A stretch of 64,000 nucleotides of DNA from a virus. The translations under genes and the position numbers were made by a program. The stretch lies in the IMG/VR virus record IMGVR_UViG_3300045988_135453. One strand, written 5' to 3'. The notes beneath the pieces were generated by a model. The model saw only the letters and a program-made list of their open reading frames with translations. It searched no databases and was not told where the DNA came from. This document shows, in pieces, positions 52,805 through 60,278 of this stretch. Within the stretch, counting starts at the first letter, position 1. Every line of letters starts with the position of its first letter.

Positions 52805-53035
52805 ACCAAATTTTTATCTACTTATTTATTTACCTATTTACTTACGCATTTATCTATCTACCTATTTACCTACTTACCTAAATATTTATCTAAGTATTTA
52901 TCTAAATATCTAACAACCTATTTACATACATAAGTAAGTAAGTAAATATGTAAATAAAAGCCTATATAGTTATCTATGTAGATAAATAAATATATAGGTA
53001 AATAAATATATAAGTACGTTCGTAAATACTAACGT
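52805..53035. repeat. centromere-like array of short AT-rich repeats upstream of parA
   Basis: At least 8 forward TATTTAC / TTTATCTA words (52813-52925), followed by at least 5 inverted GTAAATA / TAGATAAA words (52938-53030). No ORF. Confidence 0.5.
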
Positions 53036-53082
53036 AAGTACTAAAATACAGAAATATAAAAGTATTAAAGTATAAAAGTATC

Positions 53083-53601
53083 TTATTCCCATTTGTCTTC
53101 TATCTTTATATCTATGTGTACGTCACCTTTTGTTCTCACGGTTCTTATGGGCAATAGGCAATAGCGAGTTATCGTACCCGCCATTGTCACATTGCCGTGG
53201 GGCTTGAATGTATAGAAACGGCCTGTGCCAAACGTCGTACTGCCAGCCTTTATGCCCTTGTCTTTGGAATCGTCAAAACACAGGATGCGCTGTTTGCTGT
53301 GCCAACATCCGACAGGCGCGTCAACGAGTTTCAAGAAGCGCGTAGCCTCCAATCTTGTAGGAAGTCGGTAGCGCGGATCTTTGATCAACGACGATGGGGT
53401 AGGGTAGTCGGTCAGTGTCACGTCCTTCACCTCGCGCCTTTGCATGTAGAACCGTGCCGTGTCGTTCTCCGCCCACAGCACCTCACCAGCCTGTTCTTGC
53501 TCAACATCGCCCGAGCCTCCATCAGGTACAGCCACATCGGGCTTGCTACCCTCATTGCTCGGTGTATAGGGCTTGTCGCATGCTACCGTTACGCACGTCA
53601 T
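53083..53601 (-). CDS. hypothetical protein (172 aa)
   Basis: ATG ORF with a 4-nt overlap with the upstream gene. Confidence 0.55.
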   Translation of the reverse strand: MTCVTVACDKPYTPSNEGSKPDVAVPDGGSGDVEQEQAGEVLWAENDTARFYMQRREVKDVTLTDYPTPSSLIKDPRYRLPTRLEATRFLKLVDAPVGCWHSKQRILCFDDSKDKGIKAGSTTFGTGRFYTFKPHGNVTMAGTITRYCLLPIRTVRTKGDVHIDIKIEDKWE

Positions 53602-53843
53602 TTCGCACGCAACTGCTGGTATTGCTCATCGCTGAGTTTCCCTTCTTTGTGTAGCTGTTCGATATACAGCCGTGCTACAACGCCCAAGGCATTCTTCATG
53701 CTCTCGTATGCAAGTCGCAGGTTATCACCCTCAAGCAATCTAAAGTCAGAGGTCCTCCCGTCCTTCCATACTTCAATTTCCATTTTCACATTCTCGTCAT
53801 CGCCGCCTACGACAATGCGGATCTCAAATTTCTGGTTTTTCAT
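53598..53843 (-). CDS. hypothetical protein (81 aa)
   Basis: ATG ORF, co-oriented. Confidence 0.5.
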   Translation of the reverse strand: MKNQKFEIRIVVGGDDENVKMEIEVWKDGRTSDFRLLEGDNLRLAYESMKNALGVVARLYIEQLHKEGKLSDEQYQQLRAK

Positions 53844-53863
53844 AAATGCTCTACTTTTGTTTC

Positions 53864-54001
53864 TTACTTTTTATTTTTTTTCTTAGTTATCGTGATTTCG
53901 ATACAATACCCGTCATCGGTATCAATCTTCACTCCAGTCTTGTCTGCTCCTGCGTGATCCGCAAGAGCCTTCAAGTTTTCAAAATACTCTCCTATAGTCA
54001 T
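53864..54001 (-). CDS. small hypothetical protein (45 aa, below ORF-track cutoff)
   Basis: The ATG at 54001 opens MTIGEYFENLKALADHAGADKTGVKIDTDDGYCIEITITKKKNKK*. It fills the gap between neighbouring genes. Confidence 0.35.
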   Translation of the reverse strand: MTIGEYFENLKALADHAGADKTGVKIDTDDGYCIEITITKKKNKK

Positions 54002-54028
54002 AATAGTTGTGTTTTATAATTATATGAA

Positions 54029-54214
54029 TCACATTACAAGTGACCTCACCAGACTTTTGCCCTTCTCTGTCAACCTATACACATCCTCATTGAACATTTC
54101 CATATAGCTCTCTGAGAGATACCCAGCTTCCACAAGTTCCTTCAGTTCCGGACGTGCTGCCGTTCCATTCACTCGACCATATCCTGCAAAGCCCTTCTTC
54201 AAGATATGCTCCAT
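54029..54214 (-). CDS. small winged-helix-like protein (61 aa)
   Basis: The track start 54220 is GTG; the ATG is at 54214 (MEHILKKGFAGYGRVNGTAARPELKELVEAGYLSES...). Confidence 0.45.
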   Translation of the reverse strand: MEHILKKGFAGYGRVNGTAARPELKELVEAGYLSESYMEMFNEDVYRLTEKGKSLVRSLVM

Positions 54215-54265
54215 CGTCACAATCTGATCCTTTGAAAAGGATCTTTGTTTCTGTCATAGTTAAAT

Positions 54266-54333
54266 AAAATTCAAAATTGATAATTCAAAATCGCGAAGCG
54301 ATAACTCAAAACTCAAAATTCAAAATTCAACAC
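54266..54333 (-). repeat. TTTTGA(G/A)T-octamer / hairpin element, half copy D
   Basis: The minus strand reads TTGAATTTTGAATTTTGAGTTTTGAGTT, then hairpin ATCGC ttc GCGAT (54290-54302), then TTTTGAATTATCAATTTTGAATTTT. It lies directly after the stop of gene 54334..54579. Confidence 0.8.
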
Positions 54334-54579
54334 TCACTCTCGCATCCCGCCGATCATCGGCATTAAGAACACCGCAGCGCCCGCAAACGCTAACATCACG
54401 ACACCAGTTGACACAGCCATCAGCACCGCCAGTACACCCGCCAACACAGTCTTCACGCTCACGCCCTTGTCTTCACTTTCCGACGTGTCTTCGCGTTCTC
54501 TTCGTAGTGTCGGCTCGCCTACCTGCGGATAGTTACGCTTTCGCTTCGGCTTTTCCTCAAAATTCTCAATCTTAGTCAT
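54334..54579 (-). CDS. small membrane protein (81 aa)
   Basis: Charged N-terminus, then VLAGVLAVLMAVSTGVVMLAFAGAAVFLMPMIGG. Confidence 0.55.
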   Translation of the reverse strand: MTKIENFEEKPKRKRNYPQVGEPTLRREREDTSESEDKGVSVKTVLAGVLAVLMAVSTGVVMLAFAGAAVFLMPMIGGMRE

Positions 54580-54615
54580 ATTCTATAAAATATTAAAATG
54601 TTGTTTTTTGGTGTG

Positions 54616-54924
54616 TTAATCCTCGTCCTCGTTAGGCGTAGAATCCTCGTTGTCGTGCCAGAAATGAGTGTATTGCGCCAAATCAATTCTTGTAATCAGA
54701 TTGTCATCAGGATAACACTCCTCGTCAAGCCCGAGATACATATCTATTTCCTTGCCCGATTTGAAGCCAACTGTCACAATGTCCCCGTTGCCGCCCAATC
54801 CCTCATGACGGTGGTAATATGCCACCTCACGAGCATCAAATGTAATTACATGATCCTCAAGTGTTTCATCGACACCTGCTGCAATTCTCGCATTGATAAA
54901 TGGATATACCTTCTTTGTTGCCAT
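54616..54924 (-). CDS. hypothetical protein (102 aa)
   Basis: ATG ORF with an acidic C-terminus. Confidence 0.5.
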   Translation of the reverse strand: MATKKVYPFINARIAAGVDETLEDHVITFDAREVAYYHRHEGLGGNGDIVTVGFKSGKEIDMYLGLDEECYPDDNLITRIDLAQYTHFWHDNEDSTPNEDED

Positions 54925-54960
54925 AACACTTTGTTTTTTTATTATTGTTATTATTTGTTT

Positions 54961-55518
54961 TCACTTCTCTACTTGCGCCAATACGCCTACGACTCGTGCT
55001 TTGTCGTCGATATACCGATTAACCAAACAATAGTCTCCTGTCTTCACCCACTTGTAAGGAATACGCTTATAATCCCCGAAGTTTCCCAACGGCCTGTAAT
55101 AACGTCGCTTGCTTTCGTCTTCAGGACATTCTGACGATGAACTGATAGCAAGGGAGCCAATGTTATTACAGAAAACGCCATCTTTCCACGTCCCTTCCTT
55201 GTACACATGATATGTCTCAGGCTCTTTTGCCTCCGACAATATCATGTCGCGAGCCTTCAATCCCAAGTCAGCATAAGGCTCGGTAAGATCTACCTCAAAA
55301 TCGAAGCAAGTTGCAGCGCGAAGAATGCACATCGCATAATCAGTCACAGCACCTTTGCCCCCGCTCGTAACACGCACACAGCGCATGGTGTCCGTGATAT
55401 ACTGTCCGCCACCGTGCTGGAGGATCCACTCATGCACATCGTCGGCCACGATATATCGCCGCGTTTTGCCTTCCATGGCAGGGCGGCCAGCTCTTGTGTT
55501 ACTTGTTGTTGTTTCCAT
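54961..55518 (-). CDS. hypothetical protein (185 aa)
   Basis: ATG ORF, downstream of the HTH gene. Confidence 0.55.
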   Translation of the reverse strand: METTTSNTRAGRPAMEGKTRRYIVADDVHEWILQHGGGQYITDTMRCVRVTSGGKGAVTDYAMCILRAATCFDFEVDLTEPYADLGLKARDMILSEAKEPETYHVYKEGTWKDGVFCNNIGSLAISSSSECPEDESKRRYYRPLGNFGDYKRIPYKWVKTGDYCLVNRYIDDKARVVGVLAQVEK

Positions 55519-55538
55519 ATCGTTTTACCTTTTTACCT

Positions 55539-55769
55539 TTAAAAGCTCTTTTCCACCATCCTCAGCTCGGCACCTAACGCTCCTGCAATCTTGTTAAGCA
55601 CATCAATATTGACGGCATACTTGCCGGCTTCCACGCTGCGGACGTTTGCTGCTGTGATGCCCGCAATCTGGGCGAGCTGCTCCTGCTCCCAGCCCTGGGC
55701 GGTGCGCATCGCGCGGATGCTCTCGCCCATGGCCTTACGTTTGTCGTAAATGATTTTGTCTTTTTCCAT
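55539..55769 (-). CDS. XRE-family HTH transcriptional regulator (76 aa)
   Basis: GESIRAMRTAQGWEQEQLAQIAGITAANVRSVEAGKYAVNIDVLNKIAGALG is a classic HTH_3 pattern. Confidence 0.75.
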   Translation of the reverse strand: MEKDKIIYDKRKAMGESIRAMRTAQGWEQEQLAQIAGITAANVRSVEAGKYAVNIDVLNKIAGALGAELRMVEKSF

Positions 55770-55788
55770 ATTGTCTATAATAAATCAA

Positions 55789-56571
55789 TTAATTATCGTT
55801 CTGTTCTATCTGCTCAAGTTTCAAGTACACCAAAGTGTTCTTGTCATAATATCTTCGAGGCGCAGCCGAGGAAAAGTAGGTGTTTTTGCTCTCTTTGATG
55901 TAGGGAGCTGCATCCACTATTTTCTTCCCGAAGCTTGTCAGGGCGTGCGTCTTACCGATGATGTTTATGCCAGACTCGTAAGCCTTCCGCACAGCAACGG
56001 CGAAACGATGCAAAGATGCTTTTGAAGGTTTATCCTCCTTTGCGACCGTTGTCAATACTTTCAGATGATCAGACTCGCGAGCCTTTGCCCGAAGCTCTAA
56101 ACTCCCATACTTCTTATAATTTATGCACACGACATAATCACCAGGCTTCAAGACTTCAAGGCGCTCTTCTAACAGGTCGTAACTTTGCAGAACCTCAAAA
56201 GGTTTGACCGTGACATTCTCCTTTGTTCCTGCCAGTGCAGCTCTCGCCGCCTTGGCTTCTTCGAGAGCTTTAGCCCTTGCTTCAATTTCGGCTTTCGCTT
56301 GCAAGGCTTCGTGTTCTCGCCGTGCTTCGTCCTCAGCAATCTCTCGCTCTACTGCTGAGCGTATCTCTTCAATAGTCTTGCCCATATCACGACAATACGC
56401 CCAAAGACTACCACCAAACATGTTATAACTGTTTATCAGGTCCTTCTCGTTGTCGCATTTTCTGCCATCCATCCGAGTGACACGCAGCCTCCCCGTCAGC
56501 TCGTCTCTATATACAAGCATATAGGTGGAGCGTAGGTTCTTCGACTTCCATACTCTGATCTGTTCTGCCAT
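55789..56571 (-). CDS. hypothetical protein with central A/E-rich helix (260 aa)
   Basis: ATG ORF, no motif recognised. Confidence 0.55.
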   Translation of the reverse strand: MAEQIRVWKSKNLRSTYMLVYRDELTGRLRVTRMDGRKCDNEKDLINSYNMFGGSLWAYCRDMGKTIEEIRSAVEREIAEDEARREHEALQAKAEIEARAKALEEAKAARAALAGTKENVTVKPFEVLQSYDLLEERLEVLKPGDYVVCINYKKYGSLELRAKARESDHLKVLTTVAKEDKPSKASLHRFAVAVRKAYESGINIIGKTHALTSFGKKIVDAAPYIKESKNTYFSSAAPRRYYDKNTLVYLKLEQIEQNDN

Positions 56572-56616
56572 AATAGAATTGTTTTTTAAATATTTGTTAA
56601 TAATACAGCCAATTTC

Positions 56617-56647
56617 TTTGTCCGTACCGTTTTAATTCTTATATTTG
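56617..56647 (+). promoter_or_regulatory. Bacteroidota-type promoter (TTTG-N19-TATATTTG) firing rightward, against the flanking genes
   Basis: -33 TTTG at 56617-56620. The -7 box TATATTTG (TAnnTTTG consensus) is at 56640-56647, with a 19-nt spacer. Confidence 0.45.
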
Positions 56648-56651
56648 CACC

Positions 56652-56823
56652 AGTCTTCGGAGGCTTTTTAATCGTACCTTTATGGAATTGAAAGAAATAA
56701 CAACTTCCGTTGACCGTCAATTCTTCGGAATTGTAAATTCAAACGTTCTCCAAAGAACGAATTTCTACTATCGTAGATTCGAGCCAGATGGCTCGCGTAG
56801 CCCGGCTTAGGTCGGGCTTTTTT
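56652..56823 (+). ncRNA. candidate ~170-nt structured small RNA
   Basis: Lies between the promoter above and a + strand terminator: AGCCCG/CGGGCT (56799-56818) followed by a T-run of about 5 nt, which continues into the stop codon of the convergent gene 56822..57382. Internal hairpins: AGTCT-tcgg-AGGCT (56652-56665), CAATTC-ttcg-GAATTG (56718-56733), CGTTCT-ccaa-AGAACG (56744-56759), CGAGCC-agat-GGCTCG (56780-56795). No ORF. Confidence 0.4.
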
Positions 56824-57382
56824 ATTCATCTTCCTCTTTCTCGTCTTCTGTTGAATCGCTCGAATACTCCTGTAGAGAGGTATGAATTTTTACATCAGTC
56901 ATAAATTTCTCTATACTATTATCATCAATGCAGAGATCATTACACCAATCAATCCATTCCTGACAAGCTTCATCCTCATTATCGTAGGAGGAAGGCTCAA
57001 AATCAAAAGTACGACAGCCATCAGAAGTGAACATTTCCCAATTAGAAGGAAAAAATTCTATACGGTGAATACGATGCATTCCCTGCAACTCCACGAAGTT
57101 GTCCATCAATTCCTCCTTATATTCAGGATATATAATCCCAATATACTTTATAACCTCGGACACAGAGGTGGCATAAAAAATATAGTCATCATCTGGCAAA
57201 AACGCTGCAACAACATCTGCATCTTTATTGACTGCTGCAATACTATATATCTCGCCAAAGTCAATATTGAATTTCAAGTCAGCAGGATTCTCCATGTCAA
57301 TAAATTCATCGAACTCTTCGTAGAACTGTTCACGCTTCTCAATACAGAAACGCTCATATTCGTCATAAGTCATTTTTTTCAT
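56822..57382 (-). CDS. highly acidic protein (186 aa)
   Basis: About 50 D/E versus about 15 K/R by my count. C-terminal SSDSTEDEKEEDE. Confidence 0.6.
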   Translation of the reverse strand: MKKMTYDEYERFCIEKREQFYEEFDEFIDMENPADLKFNIDFGEIYSIAAVNKDADVVAAFLPDDDYIFYATSVSEVIKYIGIIYPEYKEELMDNFVELQGMHRIHRIEFFPSNWEMFTSDGCRTFDFEPSSYDNEDEACQEWIDWCNDLCIDDNSIEKFMTDVKIHTSLQEYSSDSTEDEKEEDE

Positions 57383-57389
57383 TCTGTTT

Positions 57390-57413
57390 CGCTTACCGTG
57401 CTGCGATAGGGCT
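57390..57413 (-). promoter_or_regulatory. conserved pre-ATG leader element, copy 1
   Basis: The coding strand reads AGCCCTATCGCAGCACGGTAAGCGAAACAGA-ATG (ATG at 57382). Confidence 0.6.
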
Positions 57414-57434
57414 GAAAAGATGTCAAATTATAAG

Positions 57435-57929
57435 TTATTTCCCTGCTTCCACCCAATCTCCATAATCAGGCAGCTTATCTATAATGAGACCTTTCAAATC
57501 CTTCACGCCGTGCTCCTTGCACAGCCACTCCTCCAGGTCATCCCAATACTTCCACTCTCTTGTCACGCCCGTCTGCACATCGCGCAGACGGAGCGTAACA
57601 AACAGATATTCGCGTATTACGTCTGTTATCTCGTACATGACATTACGAATTAAAATCCTTCTTCGTCGTCTTGCTTTGCAAGTTCCAATATCTGTCTTCG
57701 GGTGTAATACTTTGTTTCTCCGTTCAAAAAAACGAAAAAAGAAAGTATTGTTATCCTCAGAAAGACGGCCGTAATCATCCAAATCTAACTGATTACGCAA
57801 CTTGTCAAAATAACGCTGTGCCAACTCGTTTCTAAACAAACGCTTTCCGGTCAAGGGAGACCCTTCACATTTGACATTAGTTTCCACACCTCCACAAAAA
57901 CTGGAGATTCTACCTTCGTACTTCAACAT
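57435..57929 (-). CDS. hypothetical protein (164 aa)
   Basis: The track start 57959 is TTG and overlaps the upstream gene. The ATG at 57929 (MLKYEGRISSF...) lies 10 nt after the upstream stop. Confidence 0.5.
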   Translation of the reverse strand: MLKYEGRISSFCGGVETNVKCEGSPLTGKRLFRNELAQRYFDKLRNQLDLDDYGRLSEDNNTFFFRFFERRNKVLHPKTDIGTCKARRRRRILIRNVMYEITDVIREYLFVTLRLRDVQTGVTREWKYWDDLEEWLCKEHGVKDLKGLIIDKLPDYGDWVEAGK

Positions 57930-57939
57930 AAGAAATTTG

Positions 57940-58203
57940 TTAATTAATATATTCGTCAATACACTGGTCGTAGATGGCTCTCTCTAAGGTCCAATCCTCC
58001 TTGGGATATTCTCCCCATCCTGCTCCGCAGTTATTATCAACATACCAGAGTTCATCGTCCTCCTTGACGGTTGCGGCGTGATACATGCTGAGACCTGCGA
58101 AGAAGGCATCATGGTTATGGTCGTAACAAACATCAAAAGATCCGTCTTCATTATCGCGATAGCAATAAACAGTCTTAATCAACTCTTGCTCTATTGTTGT
58201 CAT
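57940..58203 (-). CDS. hypothetical protein (87 aa)
   Basis: ATG ORF preceded by leader element copy 2. Confidence 0.5.
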   Translation of the reverse strand: MTTIEQELIKTVYCYRDNEDGSFDVCYDHNHDAFFAGLSMYHAATVKEDDELWYVDNNCGAGWGEYPKEDWTLERAIYDQCIDEYIN

Positions 58204-58209
58204 ATCATT

Positions 58210-58235
58210 CCGCTTAACCGTGTTGCGGTAGGGCT
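58210..58235 (-). promoter_or_regulatory. conserved pre-ATG leader element, copy 2
   Basis: The coding strand reads AGCCCTACCGCAACACGGTTAAGCGGAATGAT-ATG (ATG at 58203). Confidence 0.6.
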
Positions 58236-58246
58236 AAAATTGGTTT

Positions 58247-58795
58247 TTAAATTCTACAATAATCACGAAGATGTCCGCTCGGCGCTCCATACTGGAACTG
58301 TGCAACCTTTTCGCCACGATATTTTATAGGCCTATCGAGCTTAATAGTAGTGGCCGTCTTGCCGTCACAATCATACTGGTTGCAGCTGTAGCCGATGGTC
58401 ATGGGAGGGAGCTGCCACACGCCCCAGTTGATGTCGTTGAGGTAACGCAGCAATGTGCGGATGTTCTCAACCGTTGTCTCCACCACGTCACCGTTAAACA
58501 CTGCGTCATATTCCTCTTCATGACGCTTGCGGTTGGCCATGGCGAGCTCCTGAGAGCGCTGCTTTGCCTGCTCATGGCGCAAAAGCAGCTGTTTGCGATC
58601 CTCGGCAAACTGCTCCTCAGTGACCTCCTTACACTTCGCGAGGATGGCATCAATGCCACCTTGTGAGACGATGAAAGAGCCAGCGTTTTCCAAAGGCTTC
58701 ATGGTCGATGTCTTGATGATGAGCAACGTGCCGTCAGCGTTCTGCTCAACAAGAAAACTCTTCTTGCTTGTGAAATACATTTTTCGCATATTCAT
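58247..58795 (-). CDS. hypothetical protein (182 aa)
   Basis: ATG ORF preceded by leader element copy 3. Confidence 0.55.
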   Translation of the reverse strand: MNMRKMYFTSKKSFLVEQNADGTLLIIKTSTMKPLENAGSFIVSQGGIDAILAKCKEVTEEQFAEDRKQLLLRHEQAKQRSQELAMANRKRHEEEYDAVFNGDVVETTVENIRTLLRYLNDINWGVWQLPPMTIGYSCNQYDCDGKTATTIKLDRPIKYRGEKVAQFQYGAPSGHLRDYCRI

Positions 58796-58796
58796 T

Positions 58797-58822
58797 CCGC
58801 TTATCCGTGATGCGGTAGGGCT
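58797..58822 (-). promoter_or_regulatory. conserved pre-ATG leader element, copy 3
   Basis: The coding strand reads AGCCCTACCGCATCACGGATAAGCGGA-ATG (ATG at 58795). Confidence 0.6.
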
Positions 58823-58843
58823 TAATAGGTTTCTTTATTTCGG

Positions 58844-59083
58844 TTATACTTGTGGCATTGCGCACAGTGAAAAAACAATGTTGCTGTTAAAGATAAGTTT
58901 TTTGTATGCCTTGATGCGTATGCTTGCATCCAAAGTCGTTACTCCCATGTGGCGTTCCTGATGCCAGTCAATGTATTCTGGAAGGTTCTTAATAGCATTT
59001 ATCTTGCTGTTGATAAACTTGATTTTTTCAACCCTATTAGCTAACGCACAAAGGTAGTTAATCTGCTTGTCTGTTGCTAACAT
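58844..59083 (-). CDS. hypothetical protein (79 aa)
   Basis: ATG ORF preceded by the divergent leader element copy 4. Confidence 0.5.
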   Translation of the reverse strand: MLATDKQINYLCALANRVEKIKFINSKINAIKNLPEYIDWHQERHMGVTTLDASIRIKAYKKLIFNSNIVFSLCAMPQV

Positions 59084-59093
59084 AATGTTTCTG

Positions 59094-59116
59094 CCGCTTA
59101 ACGGTTGCCGCCCGAT
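59094..59116 (-). promoter_or_regulatory. conserved pre-ATG leader element, copy 4 (divergent)
   Basis: The coding strand reads ATCGGGCGGCAACCGTTAAGCGGCAGAAACATT-ATG (ATG at 59083). Confidence 0.45.
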
Positions 59117-59433
59117 CTAATGATTAATAATGTTTCTTTCTTTATCTGTTGCAAAGTTAGTAATTATTTTTGTAACTACCAAATAAAAAGGACTTTTATT
59201 TAGAATAAAATGTACTTTTATTGTTTCCTTTGCAATTTTCCGTCAGGCTCCATCGAGGGCACCGTTTTTTTTCGTGTCTTCTGCGTCGTCTGTTTTGGGG
59301 GGGCTCGTCGCCCAGACAGGAACTCGGACCTGCTGCCACGCTTTGCCATGGTGGGCGTTGTGCTGCTTGCTATCCTCGCAGACCGCAAGCAGCCTAAAAC
59401 AAAAAATACTCGATTATGATCTCGGGATGGGAG

Positions 59434-59778
59434 CTATCTAAGCTCGGACAATTCCAAATGCCCGTATATAAGTTTGTCCTGCAAGTCTCGAAAAAAGGTC
59501 GTTGCACATTCTCTCTTTTCGTCCTCTTTGAACGTCAGAATCTGTTCCTCACGCGACATGCTTTCATCCTCATACGCGAATGTGCCGTCTTTAATGCCAT
59601 CTATGATGGTCTTGTATAGCCGTTTGCAACCGGCCTTTGTAGACGCCCATGTGCCGTACAACTGAAAAGAAGCGTAAGACTTCCATTCGTTGCAGGTGCT
59701 CAGTATAATTATTCTTGCCATAGATCTGTATGTTTTTAAAAAGTTCATAATATTACTTAGCCTTGTTGCACTCCACAT
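59434..59778 (-). CDS. hypothetical protein (114 aa; start uncertain)
   Basis: ATG at 59778 overlaps the upstream gene by 26 nt. In-frame ATGs at 59748 and 59721 are alternative starts. Confidence 0.5.
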   Translation of the reverse strand: MWSATRLSNIMNFLKTYRSMARIIILSTCNEWKSYASFQLYGTWASTKAGCKRLYKTIIDGIKDGTFAYEDESMSREEQILTFKEDEKRECATTFFRDLQDKLIYGHLELSELR

Positions 59779-59917
59779 CCGTAATAACTCTCACCTTAAC
59801 GTGATAATTATCGGCTTGCTTAAAAGACGCATCCGTAATAGCTTTATAAATTGCATTGTAGGCATGTATATTGTTGTGAAATATTTCAATAGTAATCGTT
59901 TCTTTTTGTAATTTCAT
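59753..59917 (-). CDS. small hypothetical protein (54 aa)
   Basis: The track start 59965 is GTG; the ATG is at 59917 (MKLQKETITIEIF...). Confidence 0.4.
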   Translation of the reverse strand: MKLQKETITIEIFHNNIHAYNAIYKAITDASFKQADNYHVKVRVITDVECNKAK

Positions 59918-59942
59918 ATTTTCCTGTCGTTTTTTAAAGGTT

Positions 59943-60278
59943 CTATAATATTCGTTTCGTACCACACAGCCGCCTGGCCATCGTGTCCTTCAGATCCTTG
60001 ATGATCTGCTTGTAATTGTCTTGAGTGATGACTATGTGCCGTTCAGGATGTTTCCCGCCGTGGGAGCCACTTGCCAGGTGGATGATGCAGAATGTGCGGT
60101 CGGTATCGTGATGGGCTACCAGGCCTCGTTCCTCGAGAGTTGCCACTGTGCGGTCGAAGTCTGCCGGAGTGGTGGGTATCACCTGTAGCACGCTCCAGGG
60201 ATATTCCAGAGCCGTGAGGAGCGTCTGTTCCTCCTGCTGGCTGAGCAGGAAGGAATGAACCGTTCTTGATGTTTTCAT
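59943..60278 (-). CDS. hypothetical protein (111 aa)
   Basis: ATG ORF with a 4-nt overlap with the upstream gene. Confidence 0.5.
   Translation of the reverse strand: MKTSRTVHSFLLSQQEEQTLLTALEYPWSVLQVIPTTPADFDRTVATLEERGLVAHHDTDRTFCIIHLASGSHGGKHPERHIVITQDNYKQIIKDLKDTMARRLCGTKRIL

Noticed and set aside
53197-53886. 229-aa plus-strand ORF
   Set aside because: It is antisense to two tightly coupled minus-strand genes (53083..53601 and 53598..53843) and has shadow-like composition.
56771-56795. tRNA-like T-arm (GATTCGAGCC...GGCTCG) suggesting a second tRNA
   Set aside because: No acceptor, D or anticodon arms can be built around it. It fits better as one of several hairpins of the candidate sRNA.
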